Positions 1 to 7,949 of a stretch of 13,836 nucleotides of DNA are shown here, in pieces (the first letter of the stretch is position 1; each line of letters begins with the position of its first letter). Location of the stretch: NCBI GenBank assembly GCA_964549355.1, contig CAZJUS010000022.1:1-13836 (forward strand), given 5' to 3'. Source of the DNA: Candidatus Undinarchaeota archaeon. Lineage in GTDB: Archaea > SpSt-1190. The notes below the pieces were generated by a model. The model worked only from the letters and a program-made list of their open reading frames with translations. It was not told the DNA's origin and did no database searches. A program made the position numbers and the translations under genes.

Positions 1-814
1 CTTTGACCGCATCAAGGCTTGTCTTGGCCGCGCCCGTGGTAATGGTAATCTGGCCGAGGAAGACCGAAACCAGCGCCAGGCCCAGGATGGCCAAAAGGAA
101 GCTCTGCCCCACTGTAATGCCTACGAAGCTGCCGACGGCCACTATGACATTGGAAAGGGCGCCCGTCATGATGGTTATGAGCGCTCCAAACGAAGCAATC
201 AAATTGCGGGTTGCGGTCCGGAAAAAGGCGAAGCTCAGCAAATCCTTCAGTATGTTAAAGACTATAAAAAACGGCAGGATGCCGTATATCAGCAGGCACT
301 GCCAGGAAGGCATGCGCTGGGTTATGAGCTGGACGGCCACTTTGTTGTCCCCTCCAAGGGTGTCTTCAATGTCATTGTCCTGCTGGTAGTCGGACAGATA
401 GCCAAAAAATCGGTCCTGCGTAAACTCCATCCGTTCGCCGGGGCCGGCGCCCCAAGAGACATTTATCATTCCGGTCTGCTCATTGATTTGGATATTGTAT
501 TCATCATTGTCGCATTCATCATTGGCAAAATCGACAGGCATGGCACTGTTTTGTTTTTTCATTGCATACTCGGTCGGGTCGCACAGCGGATGCTCGCCCA
601 TAATCCTGAGCTCCCCCGCAGAGAATATGTTCATGGCATACGGGTTGATGAAGGGGCAGTAGGTCGCACCGGCACCAAACATGCCGCTCAGGCTTGAACG
701 GAGGCCGATGAATGCTTTTCCAAAGGTTGAAGTCGGCGAGAAGCTGGCCATTATGAGCAACAGCATGACCACGCCAACGAAAATCCAGATGTTGTCACTA
801 ATACCGCGGCGCAT
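1..814 (-). CDS. Membrane protein of unknown function, 3' end outside the window (>=271 aa); paralogue of 863-1789
   Basis: Not in the ORF track. Hand translation from ATG at 814 is open to the window edge: MRRGISDNIWIFVGVVMLLLIMASF...YCPFINPYAMNIFSAGELR...RMPSWQCLLIYGILPFFIVFNILKDLLSFAFFRTATRNLIASFGALITIMTGA...LGQITITTGAAKTSLDAVK. It has an N-terminal hydrophobic helix, an acidic soluble domain and ~3 C-terminal TM segments, collinear with the neighbouring protein. Confidence 0.9.
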   Translation of the reverse strand, partial: MRRGISDNIWIFVGVVMLLLIMASFSPTSTFGKAFIGLRSSLSGMFGAGATYCPFINPYAMNIFSAGELRIMGEHPLCDPTEYAMKKQNSAMPVDFANDECDNDEYNIQINEQTGMINVSWGAGPGERMEFTQDRFFGYLSDYQQDNDIEDTLGGDNKVAVQLITQRMPSWQCLLIYGILPFFIVFNILKDLLSFAFFRTATRNLIASFGALITIMTGALSNVIVAVGSFVGITVGQSFLLAILGLALVSVFLGQITITTGAAKTSLDAVK

Positions 815-835
815 AGTATGAGAAGCCCCTACAGG

Positions 836-842
836 ATTATAT
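836..842 (-). promoter_or_regulatory. Putative archaeal TATA box for the 1-814 gene
   Basis: ATATAAT on the minus strand, starting 28 nt upstream of the ATG at 814; same spacing as the other genes in the window. Confidence 0.5.
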
Positions 843-862
843 GCGTTGCTGATGGAGCATTT

Positions 863-1789
863 CTATGACTGCCCGCCCTTCTTCTTCCTGAAGACATCAA
901 AGAACACTTTCGCAGTCTGCTCCTGGACCACGGCCTCCGCAACCTGCTGGGCTTCCTCCGTAGCTTTTGCAGCTGCGCCCGCACTGATGCCGAGCCAGGA
1001 AAGCAGCATGGAGATTATGGACATGAAAATAACCACCGACAGGAATGTGCCGGCCACCGACAGGTTGGCTATCCGGGCAATCTGCCACACAAACCCGGAA
1101 AACACGCCGGTCTGGATGGCTATGAGGGACGCGAAAATGGAAATCAGCTGTTTGGTGGTCCTGGACAGCAGGGTGAAGCTGAGGATGTCGCGGAGGAAAA
1201 AGTAGAGCACCAGGAAGGGCAGGAGTCCGAAGGTGGTGAAGCACACCCAGACGGGGATTTTGTTGTTGAATTTCAGGAAGGGTGCGCCGTCCTGGACTGA
1301 AGCGGAGTTGAGCAAATTCGAGAATCTGTCGATGCCGTCGGCGAAGCCCCCGCCCCCGGTTATGGCCCCTGTCTTGTCTTCAATGCCCTGGAACTGCGCC
1401 AGATAGTTTATGTCGCCTTCCCCGGTAGTCTCAAGCTCGATATACCTCAACGAATCCAGCTCCGTCTGGGAGAAATCGAGCACGCCGGCAACCAACTCAA
1501 ACATGGGGTCGCCTGCAGCGAGCTTCATAGTGCCCCCTGACGAAAAGAAGCGGGAGAGATGCGGGTTGGCATAGGCGCACCAAACCTGGTCTGTTATGCG
1601 GAGCCTCTCAATCAGCGGGCCTGCCAGAGGAAGCCCTTTTATCCACTCGCCGGCAAAGCTCACATTGGATTTCAGGCCTTCATCAACTTCGCCGGTGGCA
1701 TGGGGGGATGTGATGCGGTAGGCTGCAAGCACAAGGATCAAAGCAAGCACGGCAATCTGGCCGGCTATGCTGCGGATGCTCATACCCAT
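863..1789 (-). CDS. Membrane protein of unknown function (~308 aa); paralogue of 1-814
   Basis: ORF-track ORF 863-1792. ATG at 1789 is preferred from TATA spacing; GTG 1792 and ATG 1783 are alternatives. N-terminal hydrophobic helix (QIAVLALILVLAAY), soluble domain, C-terminal TM bundle beginning FGLLPFLVLYFFLRDIL, then an Ala/Glu/Gln-rich helical tail. Confidence 0.9.
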   Translation of the reverse strand: MGMSIRSIAGQIAVLALILVLAAYRITSPHATGEVDEGLKSNVSFAGEWIKGLPLAGPLIERLRITDQVWCAYANPHLSRFFSSGGTMKLAAGDPMFELVAGVLDFSQTELDSLRYIELETTGEGDINYLAQFQGIEDKTGAITGGGGFADGIDRFSNLLNSASVQDGAPFLKFNNKIPVWVCFTTFGLLPFLVLYFFLRDILSFTLLSRTTKQLISIFASLIAIQTGVFSGFVWQIARIANLSVAGTFLSVVIFMSIISMLLSWLGISAGAAAKATEEAQQVAEAVVQEQTAKVFFDVFRKKKGGQS

Positions 1790-1792
1790 CAC

Positions 1793-1827
1793 AAACGATA
1801 ATAAACAGTATCTATATATTGTTAGTG
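1793..1827. promoter_or_regulatory. Compact divergent promoter region with two overlapping-direction TATA-like elements
   Basis: AT-rich gap between head-to-head genes. TAATAAA at 1799-1805 (+) lies 29 nt before ATG 1828. TATATA at 1818-1813 (-) lies 29 nt before ATG 1789. Confidence 0.6.
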
Positions 1828-4800
1828 ATGGACCTCAGAAAGGATTTTATTGAGATATCCTTCAAATTCATGATTATTCTAGGCATCCTGGGTGCGATGG
1901 CGAGCCTGTGGATTTTGACATTCTCAGGCCTCCCTGCAGGAGTCGGGCTGCTCGTCCTGGGGATTTCTGCCGCGTTCATTATCGTCCCGGTCATGCTCCA
2001 CAACAGGCTGAAAAACAGAGAGAGTGGCAAACAGATTGACATTGGAAACATGATGGGAACCCGGTTCCTGAACATTTTCATGATAGTGGTGCTGATTGTA
2101 GTGGTGGCGGTGTCGTTCATTGCGCCTTTTTTTGTGGCCCTGACGCAAAGCGGGGAGCTTGTAGGGTCCCAGATAAACATGACCTTCTTCCGGGAGACCA
2201 CACGGGACAGCATAGTCATGTGGTTCCTGCCCGCAGTGTCCGCACCTGAAGGCCCTGTGATTTCAGTGAATATCGTGGGGGCGCCGGTAAAGCTGCTGAC
2301 AGTCGCATTATGGAATATACTGGGCTTTCCAACTACCGATATTGGAGGGGCGGCAATCCCCTTCGGCTCAATGGCCCTGGGCCTGGCATTCGCAGTGGTG
2401 CTCATTTTCGTTGTCCTGCAGCCGATGGCGGCCTACAGCGGCATAACCTGGTCCGAAGTTGAAAAGGCGGGGAAGGACAAGCAGATATGGAAATTCCTAG
2501 GCTCCCTGGGCTTCGGCAAAAAGGTCGACAGGTGGATGTCCGGAGCCTTCGACTATCAAAGCCTCAAAATCACCAGCGCTGCAACAGTGTGGCGCAGTTT
2601 CATAAACTACTTCGCCAAAATGAAGGAGGTCTCGCGAAAGCTGGAAGACCTGATTGTGAAGGCAGCCAGGGAGGGCAAGGGGCTGACGAAAGCCGAGGAG
2701 GAAGAAGCCACTACTTTGGTCTCCGAATACAGGCAGCTGCAGAAGGACATCGACAACAACTACAGCAAATCAATGCTATACACTATGCTGGACTACATCC
2801 TGTGGGGGTGGAAAATCCTGCTGGTTGCTTTGCTTTCCTTCCTCCTTGACGTGATAATCTGGTTCTCCACAGTCAAAATTGGGGGCGGCACCGGCTCGAT
2901 TTATGCCAGCATCCTGCCTTCGCTGGCCGTCACTGCCGTCTGGCTGTGGAGGAGCTTCCAGCTCCTGGGCAGGAGGCTTGTGCCCTTCGTAATGTCCATG
3001 ACTCCCCCCATTGTGCAGATGGTATACTTTACATTGTTCTTCCCAGAAGAATCCAGCCTGACTTCACTGGGCATCCTGGGCTTCGGCATCTTTGGGACTC
3101 TGTTCGTCTCGATGGCATTGGCGATGGGCCTGCCGGATGTAAGCATCCTCTGGATTATACTCGCACTCATCATCCTGCTGTTCGCATTCCTGACCCTTAC
3201 CCGTTTCTTCAAGGACGGGGTCGGGAACGCCATCGCCTTCTTCCTGCTGGCGCGGATTTTTTCATCAATGCTGGACCCTGCAGTCACATCAACCCTCCCC
3301 ATGAAGCCCCTGTCGTTTGCGATTTGGATCAGCCTGCTGCTGACGCTCTTTGTGGCGTTCTTTGACCTCCTTGTCCATCTGTATGTGGCCATGTCGTTTA
3401 TGGTCAGCAAGTGGCTGGCCGACAGGTTTGAAGCTTTTGGGGAGATTGCAGGAGATTTTGAAGAAGCCCTGGAAGAGATAATGAAGCATGAGGGGGGCGA
3501 CGCTGCAAGCTCCGAGAAGATAAAGGAGAAGCTGGTCGAACATGCCAAACTGCTGAAAGAAAAAGCCAACGAAATAGAAGGGGTGTCTGAAAATATAAAG
3601 CAGAATCTGCTTGACATCACACTCAGGGATGTTAAGGAACACCTCCGTGTGCCGAAGAGGGTCGCGGAGAGAATACTGTCCGGAGGCCAGATGGGCAAAA
3701 TCGAATCGATGCTGGAGAATAAAATTTATGCCGTCAAGAAACTCAAGGAAGACACTAATTACAGGATTGTCCAGAAAGACGGAAAGTACTATGTTGTGGA
3801 AGTGAACAAAGGAGCATTCGGAGGGATTGCAGCAATAGGCAACTCAATTGCGGATGCGCTCAAGAAAATCGGGGGCGGACTGGGGGGCCTCAGCTTGACG
3901 GGTGGAGAAATAGATGCGAAAAATACAATGGATTCCAACCTTGAAGAAAAACTGATGGATGATTTGAAAAGAAAAGCAAACGGCTTGGGCCTGAAAAAAA
4001 TTCATGAGGTAGGTGATGCAATCCTCAGCATCAGCAGGGACGGGGACTTCCTGCGCATGGACAGGGTAGTCAAAGACGGCAGGGAAATAAAGCCCGCCAG
4101 GTTCCGCGACCGGCAGGGGCGCACTGTTGATGTTGAAGGGGATGTAGAAAAAGCACTTTCCTTTATGAAAACTTTCAAACAAAAGCTGACTGTAAAATGG
4201 GGGAAGGGCAAAAAGAAAAGAAGCAAGGAAATCGATTTCAGCAAAGACAACGCCATGGAGCTTTTGAAAAAAACCATCAAGAAAGGAACTGCTGAGTTGT
4301 GGGACAGTAATGGTAATCGGAAGGGAAACATTAAAATTTCAAAGGATGGCGTGGAATTAAGTGATGCAAGCACCAATGAAACTTTTACCTTCCGCGGAAA
4401 GACGCTCGCGCCCCTGGTGAAGCACGCGGAAAATATAACGAAAAACCTCTCAAGGGGTTTCATAGACTTATCCACAAGCAAGGAGCAAATGCGTGCAATC
4501 CGGCACCTGCTGGACCATGGAAGGACAGTTACATTGGAAAAGGGGGAACGGACAGTAGTGCTGGAGAAAGAAGGCGACAGGATAAAGATGGCCACTCTTG
4601 ACGGAAACAAATGGGCCGACGAAAAATACGTGGGGAGTGTTACTGAAGCCGTAGTAACAGCGGGGAAAGCAAGTGGAGGAACGGACCCAATTAGCGTGGA
4701 TATAAGTGAACCCCCCACAAGACCTCTGGAAATCACGGAAAGCACGAGTCTTGACGCCATTGAAGCCGGGATGAAAAGGACAGGAAGTGTTGCTGATGGG

Positions 4801-7800
4801 TCAAACTCCGCCACATTATTTAAACGAAATGAACTCCTGCAATACCCCGTAAATGCAACAGGACTGGATAAAGAAATAGAAGAGGCCCTCAAAAAAATTG
4901 ATACCCGAGGAGCAGTAAGCAAGGATGTTGAAAAAATACTAAAGGACGGTGGCACTGTCGCAACTCTTGAAACACCCGACAAAAAAGAGCATATTTTTGT
5001 TAAAGATAAGGACGGCAGAGTTGTCAGAAAGCTTACCTTGGATGTTGATAGCGAAACATTGCTCGTCTCACGCAACAACATCACTGAAGACGGGCAGGAC
5101 CATTGGGAGCACGAGGCGCTGAAAAGCGTGGAAGTAGGGGGGCACGCTGTGCCGTTCTCTGCGAAATCAGAAAATCCGAAGAGCGCCTATGGAGAGCTGA
5201 GCAAGAGAATTGAAAAGGTGCTGAAGTCGCCCCAAGGGCAGGAACCTACCACTGCAACAAAACTCAAAGAAGCATTGCTGAGTGTGAGGGCCGCTGAAGA
5301 AAGGGCCGCCAAACCGAGCAGGGCGGTGAAAGGGATTATCAAGTCAATCGGCAGGTATACAACCATTACGACCAACCCTGAAAATAAAAGTCAGCTCGTG
5401 GAAATCGACGATCCTTTCTACGGCAAAAGAACTGCTGAAATTAGGAAGGTGGGAAATGCATTCTTCTACAAGGAAGGGGGCAGGTGGCGCAGATACGGAA
5501 ATCCTAACGAAGTGAAGAATGCAATCAAATCAGTCATCAGAGATGCTGAAAAAAATTCAGATGAGCTGGATGCGCATACGCACAAATATTCTTCAGGAAA
5601 GGATATACCCTCCGATGAACCGGTTGGGGACAATGTGTATAAAAGACTGGAAGAAAACCCCCGCCTGCGCCTTGCCATAAAAGGCGTGGGGGCTGACGAC
5701 AAGCTGTGGATTTGGAAAGTGGGCGACAAGATTTATGTCAGGGACCAGAAAAACAATGTCCGCAGATATGACCCGGGAGAAGCAGAGGATTTCAAGAGGC
5801 ACATAGACAAGTTTGCAAGAATTTCCGGAAAAGGGGGAGTGGACCTCTTTGCAAGAAAAAGAATTAAAGAAGTTGAAAAAGAAAGTTTTAAGAGGGATAT
5901 AGAACTTGCAGAGCAAACTGAAGCTGTGGACAAAAAAGCGGACGTCGCAACAGATTTGGCTGTGGAAGCGCATGGGCTGGCAGCTGACGCGGCGGCGACC
6001 GCCGATGAGTCACTCCAAGTATCAAAGGACACCAAAGAACACGTTGGAGTTTTAGGGAAAAGGGTTGATGACAATGCAGAAGCCATCACGACCACCAACA
6101 AAAAATTGGATAAGGAAAGAATCATCAGGCATCATCAGGTGAGTGAAGAAGCACAAAAACGCAAACAGCAGATTAAGAAAGTTGAAAAGAAAATTGGTAA
6201 AGAAGCGCAGGAAAGAAAAGAACATATCGGAAAAGTCCGAAAAGAAATGATAGGACGCGACGAGGCAACCCTGCAAAAATCAAAAAGTTTTACCAACAAG
6301 GTTGCAGGCGAATTGTTCAGGAATCAGGAAGAGCTTGCGAATGCTGTTGAAGAACAGGGCTGGATTATTGATGAGTATGGCGAAATTTTAGATGCTCACG
6401 GCAATCGGATAGGCAGGGTTGAACAGCAGGCAGACAAAAATTGGAAGGCTATTCTGGAGGAGAAAGAAACCAGGCACAGGCAGATAACTGAAGAACAGCA
6501 AACCCGCAAACGGCAGATTGAGGCTGCTCGCAATGAAATTAAAAAGGTCGAAGAGCGTAGCATCGCCCATACTGATCAGGAAGTCGGCAAAGTATCCAAG
6601 GGCCAAGAAAACATTAAAAAGGCTGTCAATGAACTGGGGGGGATTGTTGATGAACACGACAATATCTTAGATGCTCACGGAAAACAGATAGTCAGTGTTG
6701 AACAGAAGACAGACAAAAATCGGGAAGCGATCGAGGCTGAACGTGCCAGAGCAATGGGAGAGGAAAAAAGAATTGAAGGAAAAACGGATGCTGCTCAAAA
6801 CACTGCCGATCAGGCTCTGCAAGAAGTAAAAACTGAAGAGCAAACGAGAGAAGAAGAAATCAACAAAGTCTGGGAAGGGATATCAGCAGGTGACAAAGCA
6901 ACATTGGAAACTGCGAATAAATACGCTGACCAACAGGACGAAAAGCATTATGAGAAAGGCGCAAGGAAGCTGAAGCAAACTCGAGAAGACCTCAGAAAAG
7001 AGATATCGGCCGGCGACGAAGCTACAAAGAAGTATGCAGAGAAGCAGGATGAAAAGACTCAGCAAGAAATAAAAGAGTTTGTCGAAAATATCACAGGCGA
7101 ATTGTTCAGGAATCAAGAAGAGCTTGCAAAGGTTGTTGAAGGACAAGGCGGAATTATTGATGAGCACGGCGAAATTTTGGACGACCACGGCAATCGGATA
7201 GGTAGGGTTGAACAGCAAATAGACGGAACTTGGAAGGTGGTCCAGCAGATAGAAGGCAAACAAGAAAGCATTGCAGACAAAGTCGGAAAACTGGACGAGC
7301 AGATGAAGAAAGGCAGGGCGCCTCTTGAGCCGGAAGACAATGAAACAAGTCCAATTCGCAGAGTGGCACCGCCGGAAGCGGATGAAGCACTAAGAAGGCT
7401 CGTCCAGAAAGGTCTTGAGAAGGAAAGGCAAGAAGAAAGAGAAGCCTACCGGAAAAAAATAATTGAAAAAAAAGAATACGACCCTTTTGATGAAAAAAGG
7501 CATATTGATGGCAGGGTCGCAAGAGGCAGAAAGGAAGGCTTTGTAAAGCGGGCAGTGGAGTACGGCGACAAAAGGTCGGCCGAGCTCGGCCAGACCCGCC
7601 AGGACGGGACTGAGATTGCGGGGGAGATGTCGGACAGGACGGGAAGGACAATCCAGGCAACTGCAGTCACCAAGAAGGGAATGGAACAGCAGTTCCAGGC
7701 GCAGTATGTAAACCTGGTAAGGCAGTTTGTGGGAGGCTCCCCTGGAACCCAGGAAGCTGCAGGCAGGACCCTTGAAAAAATCTGGACCGGCTCAAGCGAC

Positions 7801-7914
7801 AGGCAGAAGAGGCTCATCAGGAAGACCCTCGACAGGCTTGCGGGCTTCACTGCAAACAATGAACAGAAGCGGAGAATCCTCCAGCTCAAGACCCGGCTGG
7901 AGCAGCAGGAATAA
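1828..7914 (+). CDS. Giant polytopic membrane protein (~2028 aa): N-terminal multi-TM region, degenerate alpha/beta repeat region, long coiled-coil stalk, small C-terminal helical domain
   Basis: 6.1-kb uninterrupted ORF (track start TTG 1819; ATG 1828 preferred). About 11-12 hydrophobic segments by eye in the first ~530 aa. The rest is K/E-rich and hydrophilic with internal repeats. No enzymatic motif recognised. Confidence 0.92.
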   Translation: MDLRKDFIEISFKFMIILGILGAMASLWILTFSGLPAGVGLLVLGISAAFIIVPVMLHNRLKNRESGKQIDIGNMMGTRFLNIFMIVVLIVVVAVSFIAPFFVALTQSGELVGSQINMTFFRETTRDSIVMWFLPAVSAPEGPVISVNIVGAPVKLLTVALWNILGFPTTDIGGAAIPFGSMALGLAFAVVLIFVVLQPMAAYSGITWSEVEKAGKDKQIWKFLGSLGFGKKVDRWMSGAFDYQSLKITSAATVWRSFINYFAKMKEVSRKLEDLIVKAAREGKGLTKAEEEEATTLVSEYRQLQKDIDNNYSKSMLYTMLDYILWGWKILLVALLSFLLDVIIWFSTVKIGGGTGSIYASILPSLAVTAVWLWRSFQLLGRRLVPFVMSMTPPIVQMVYFTLFFPEESSLTSLGILGFGIFGTLFVSMALAMGLPDVSILWIILALIILLFAFLTLTRFFKDGVGNAIAFFLLARIFSSMLDPAVTSTLPMKPLSFAIWISLLLTLFVAFFDLLVHLYVAMSFMVSKWLADRFEAFGEIAGDFEEALEEIMKHEGGDAASSEKIKEKLVEHAKLLKEKANEIEGVSENIKQNLLDITLRDVKEHLRVPKRVAERILSGGQMGKIESMLENKIYAVKKLKEDTNYRIVQKDGKYYVVEVNKGAFGGIAAIGNSIADALKKIGGGLGGLSLTGGEIDAKNTMDSNLEEKLMDDLKRKANGLGLKKIHEVGDAILSISRDGDFLRMDRVVKDGREIKPARFRDRQGRTVDVEGDVEKALSFMKTFKQKLTVKWGKGKKKRSKEIDFSKDNAMELLKKTIKKGTAELWDSNGNRKGNIKISKDGVELSDASTNETFTFRGKTLAPLVKHAENITKNLSRGFIDLSTSKEQMRAIRHLLDHGRTVTLEKGERTVVLEKEGDRIKMATLDGNKWADEKYVGSVTEAVVTAGKASGGTDPISVDISEPPTRPLEITESTSLDAIEAGMKRTGSVADGSNSATLFKRNELLQYPVNATGLDKEIEEALKKIDTRGAVSKDVEKILKDGGTVATLETPDKKEHIFVKDKDGRVVRKLTLDVDSETLLVSRNNITEDGQDHWEHEALKSVEVGGHAVPFSAKSENPKSAYGELSKRIEKVLKSPQGQEPTTATKLKEALLSVRAAEERAAKPSRAVKGIIKSIGRYTTITTNPENKSQLVEIDDPFYGKRTAEIRKVGNAFFYKEGGRWRRYGNPNEVKNAIKSVIRDAEKNSDELDAHTHKYSSGKDIPSDEPVGDNVYKRLEENPRLRLAIKGVGADDKLWIWKVGDKIYVRDQKNNVRRYDPGEAEDFKRHIDKFARISGKGGVDLFARKRIKEVEKESFKRDIELAEQTEAVDKKADVATDLAVEAHGLAADAAATADESLQVSKDTKEHVGVLGKRVDDNAEAITTTNKKLDKERIIRHHQVSEEAQKRKQQIKKVEKKIGKEAQERKEHIGKVRKEMIGRDEATLQKSKSFTNKVAGELFRNQEELANAVEEQGWIIDEYGEILDAHGNRIGRVEQQADKNWKAILEEKETRHRQITEEQQTRKRQIEAARNEIKKVEERSIAHTDQEVGKVSKGQENIKKAVNELGGIVDEHDNILDAHGKQIVSVEQKTDKNREAIEAERARAMGEEKRIEGKTDAAQNTADQALQEVKTEEQTREEEINKVWEGISAGDKATLETANKYADQQDEKHYEKGARKLKQTREDLRKEISAGDEATKKYAEKQDEKTQQEIKEFVENITGELFRNQEELAKVVEGQGGIIDEHGEILDDHGNRIGRVEQQIDGTWKVVQQIEGKQESIADKVGKLDEQMKKGRAPLEPEDNETSPIRRVAPPEADEALRRLVQKGLEKERQEEREAYRKKIIEKKEYDPFDEKRHIDGRVARGRKEGFVKRAVEYGDKRSAELGQTRQDGTEIAGEMSDRTGRTIQATAVTKKGMEQQFQAQYVNLVRQFVGGSPGTQEAAGRTLEKIWTGSSDRQKRLIRKTLDRLAGFTANNEQKRRILQLKTRLEQQE
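6305..7217 (+). repeat. Intragenic direct repeat: two 124-bp copies (6305-6428, 7094-7217) plus a more diverged copy (~6601-6720)
   Basis: Hand alignment gives 15 mismatches in 124 bp (~88% identity), in frame. Copies encode GELFRNQEELANAVEEQGWIIDEYGEILDAHGNRIGRVEQQ and GELFRNQEELAKVVEGQGGIIDEHGEILDDHGNRIGRVEQQ; the middle copy is GQENIKKAVNELGGIVDEHDNILDAHGKQIVSVEQK. Confidence 0.93.
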
Positions 7915-7920
7915 GTCACC

Positions 7921-7928
7921 TTAATAAA
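7921..7928 (+). promoter_or_regulatory. Putative TATA box for the aIF5B-like fusion gene
   Basis: TTAATAAA 29 nt upstream of GTG 7950; the same octamer precedes infB. Confidence 0.55.
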
Positions 7929-7949
7929 CCAAAAACAGTTAGTTTTATT

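Noticed and set aside
6305..7217. Direct repeats as a CRISPR array or mobile-element ends
   Set aside because: The repeats are long, in frame, diverge largely at synonymous sites and lack regular spacers. No cas, transposase or integrase gene is present.
1828..7914. Giant protein as a phage tape-measure protein, SMC ATPase or chemoreceptor; the hairpin at ~2620-2760 also loosely resembles a viral scaffold helix
   Set aside because: No Walker A/B or ABC signature, no MCP signalling hairpin, and no viral hallmark genes in the window. The resemblance is explained by generic coiled-coil composition.
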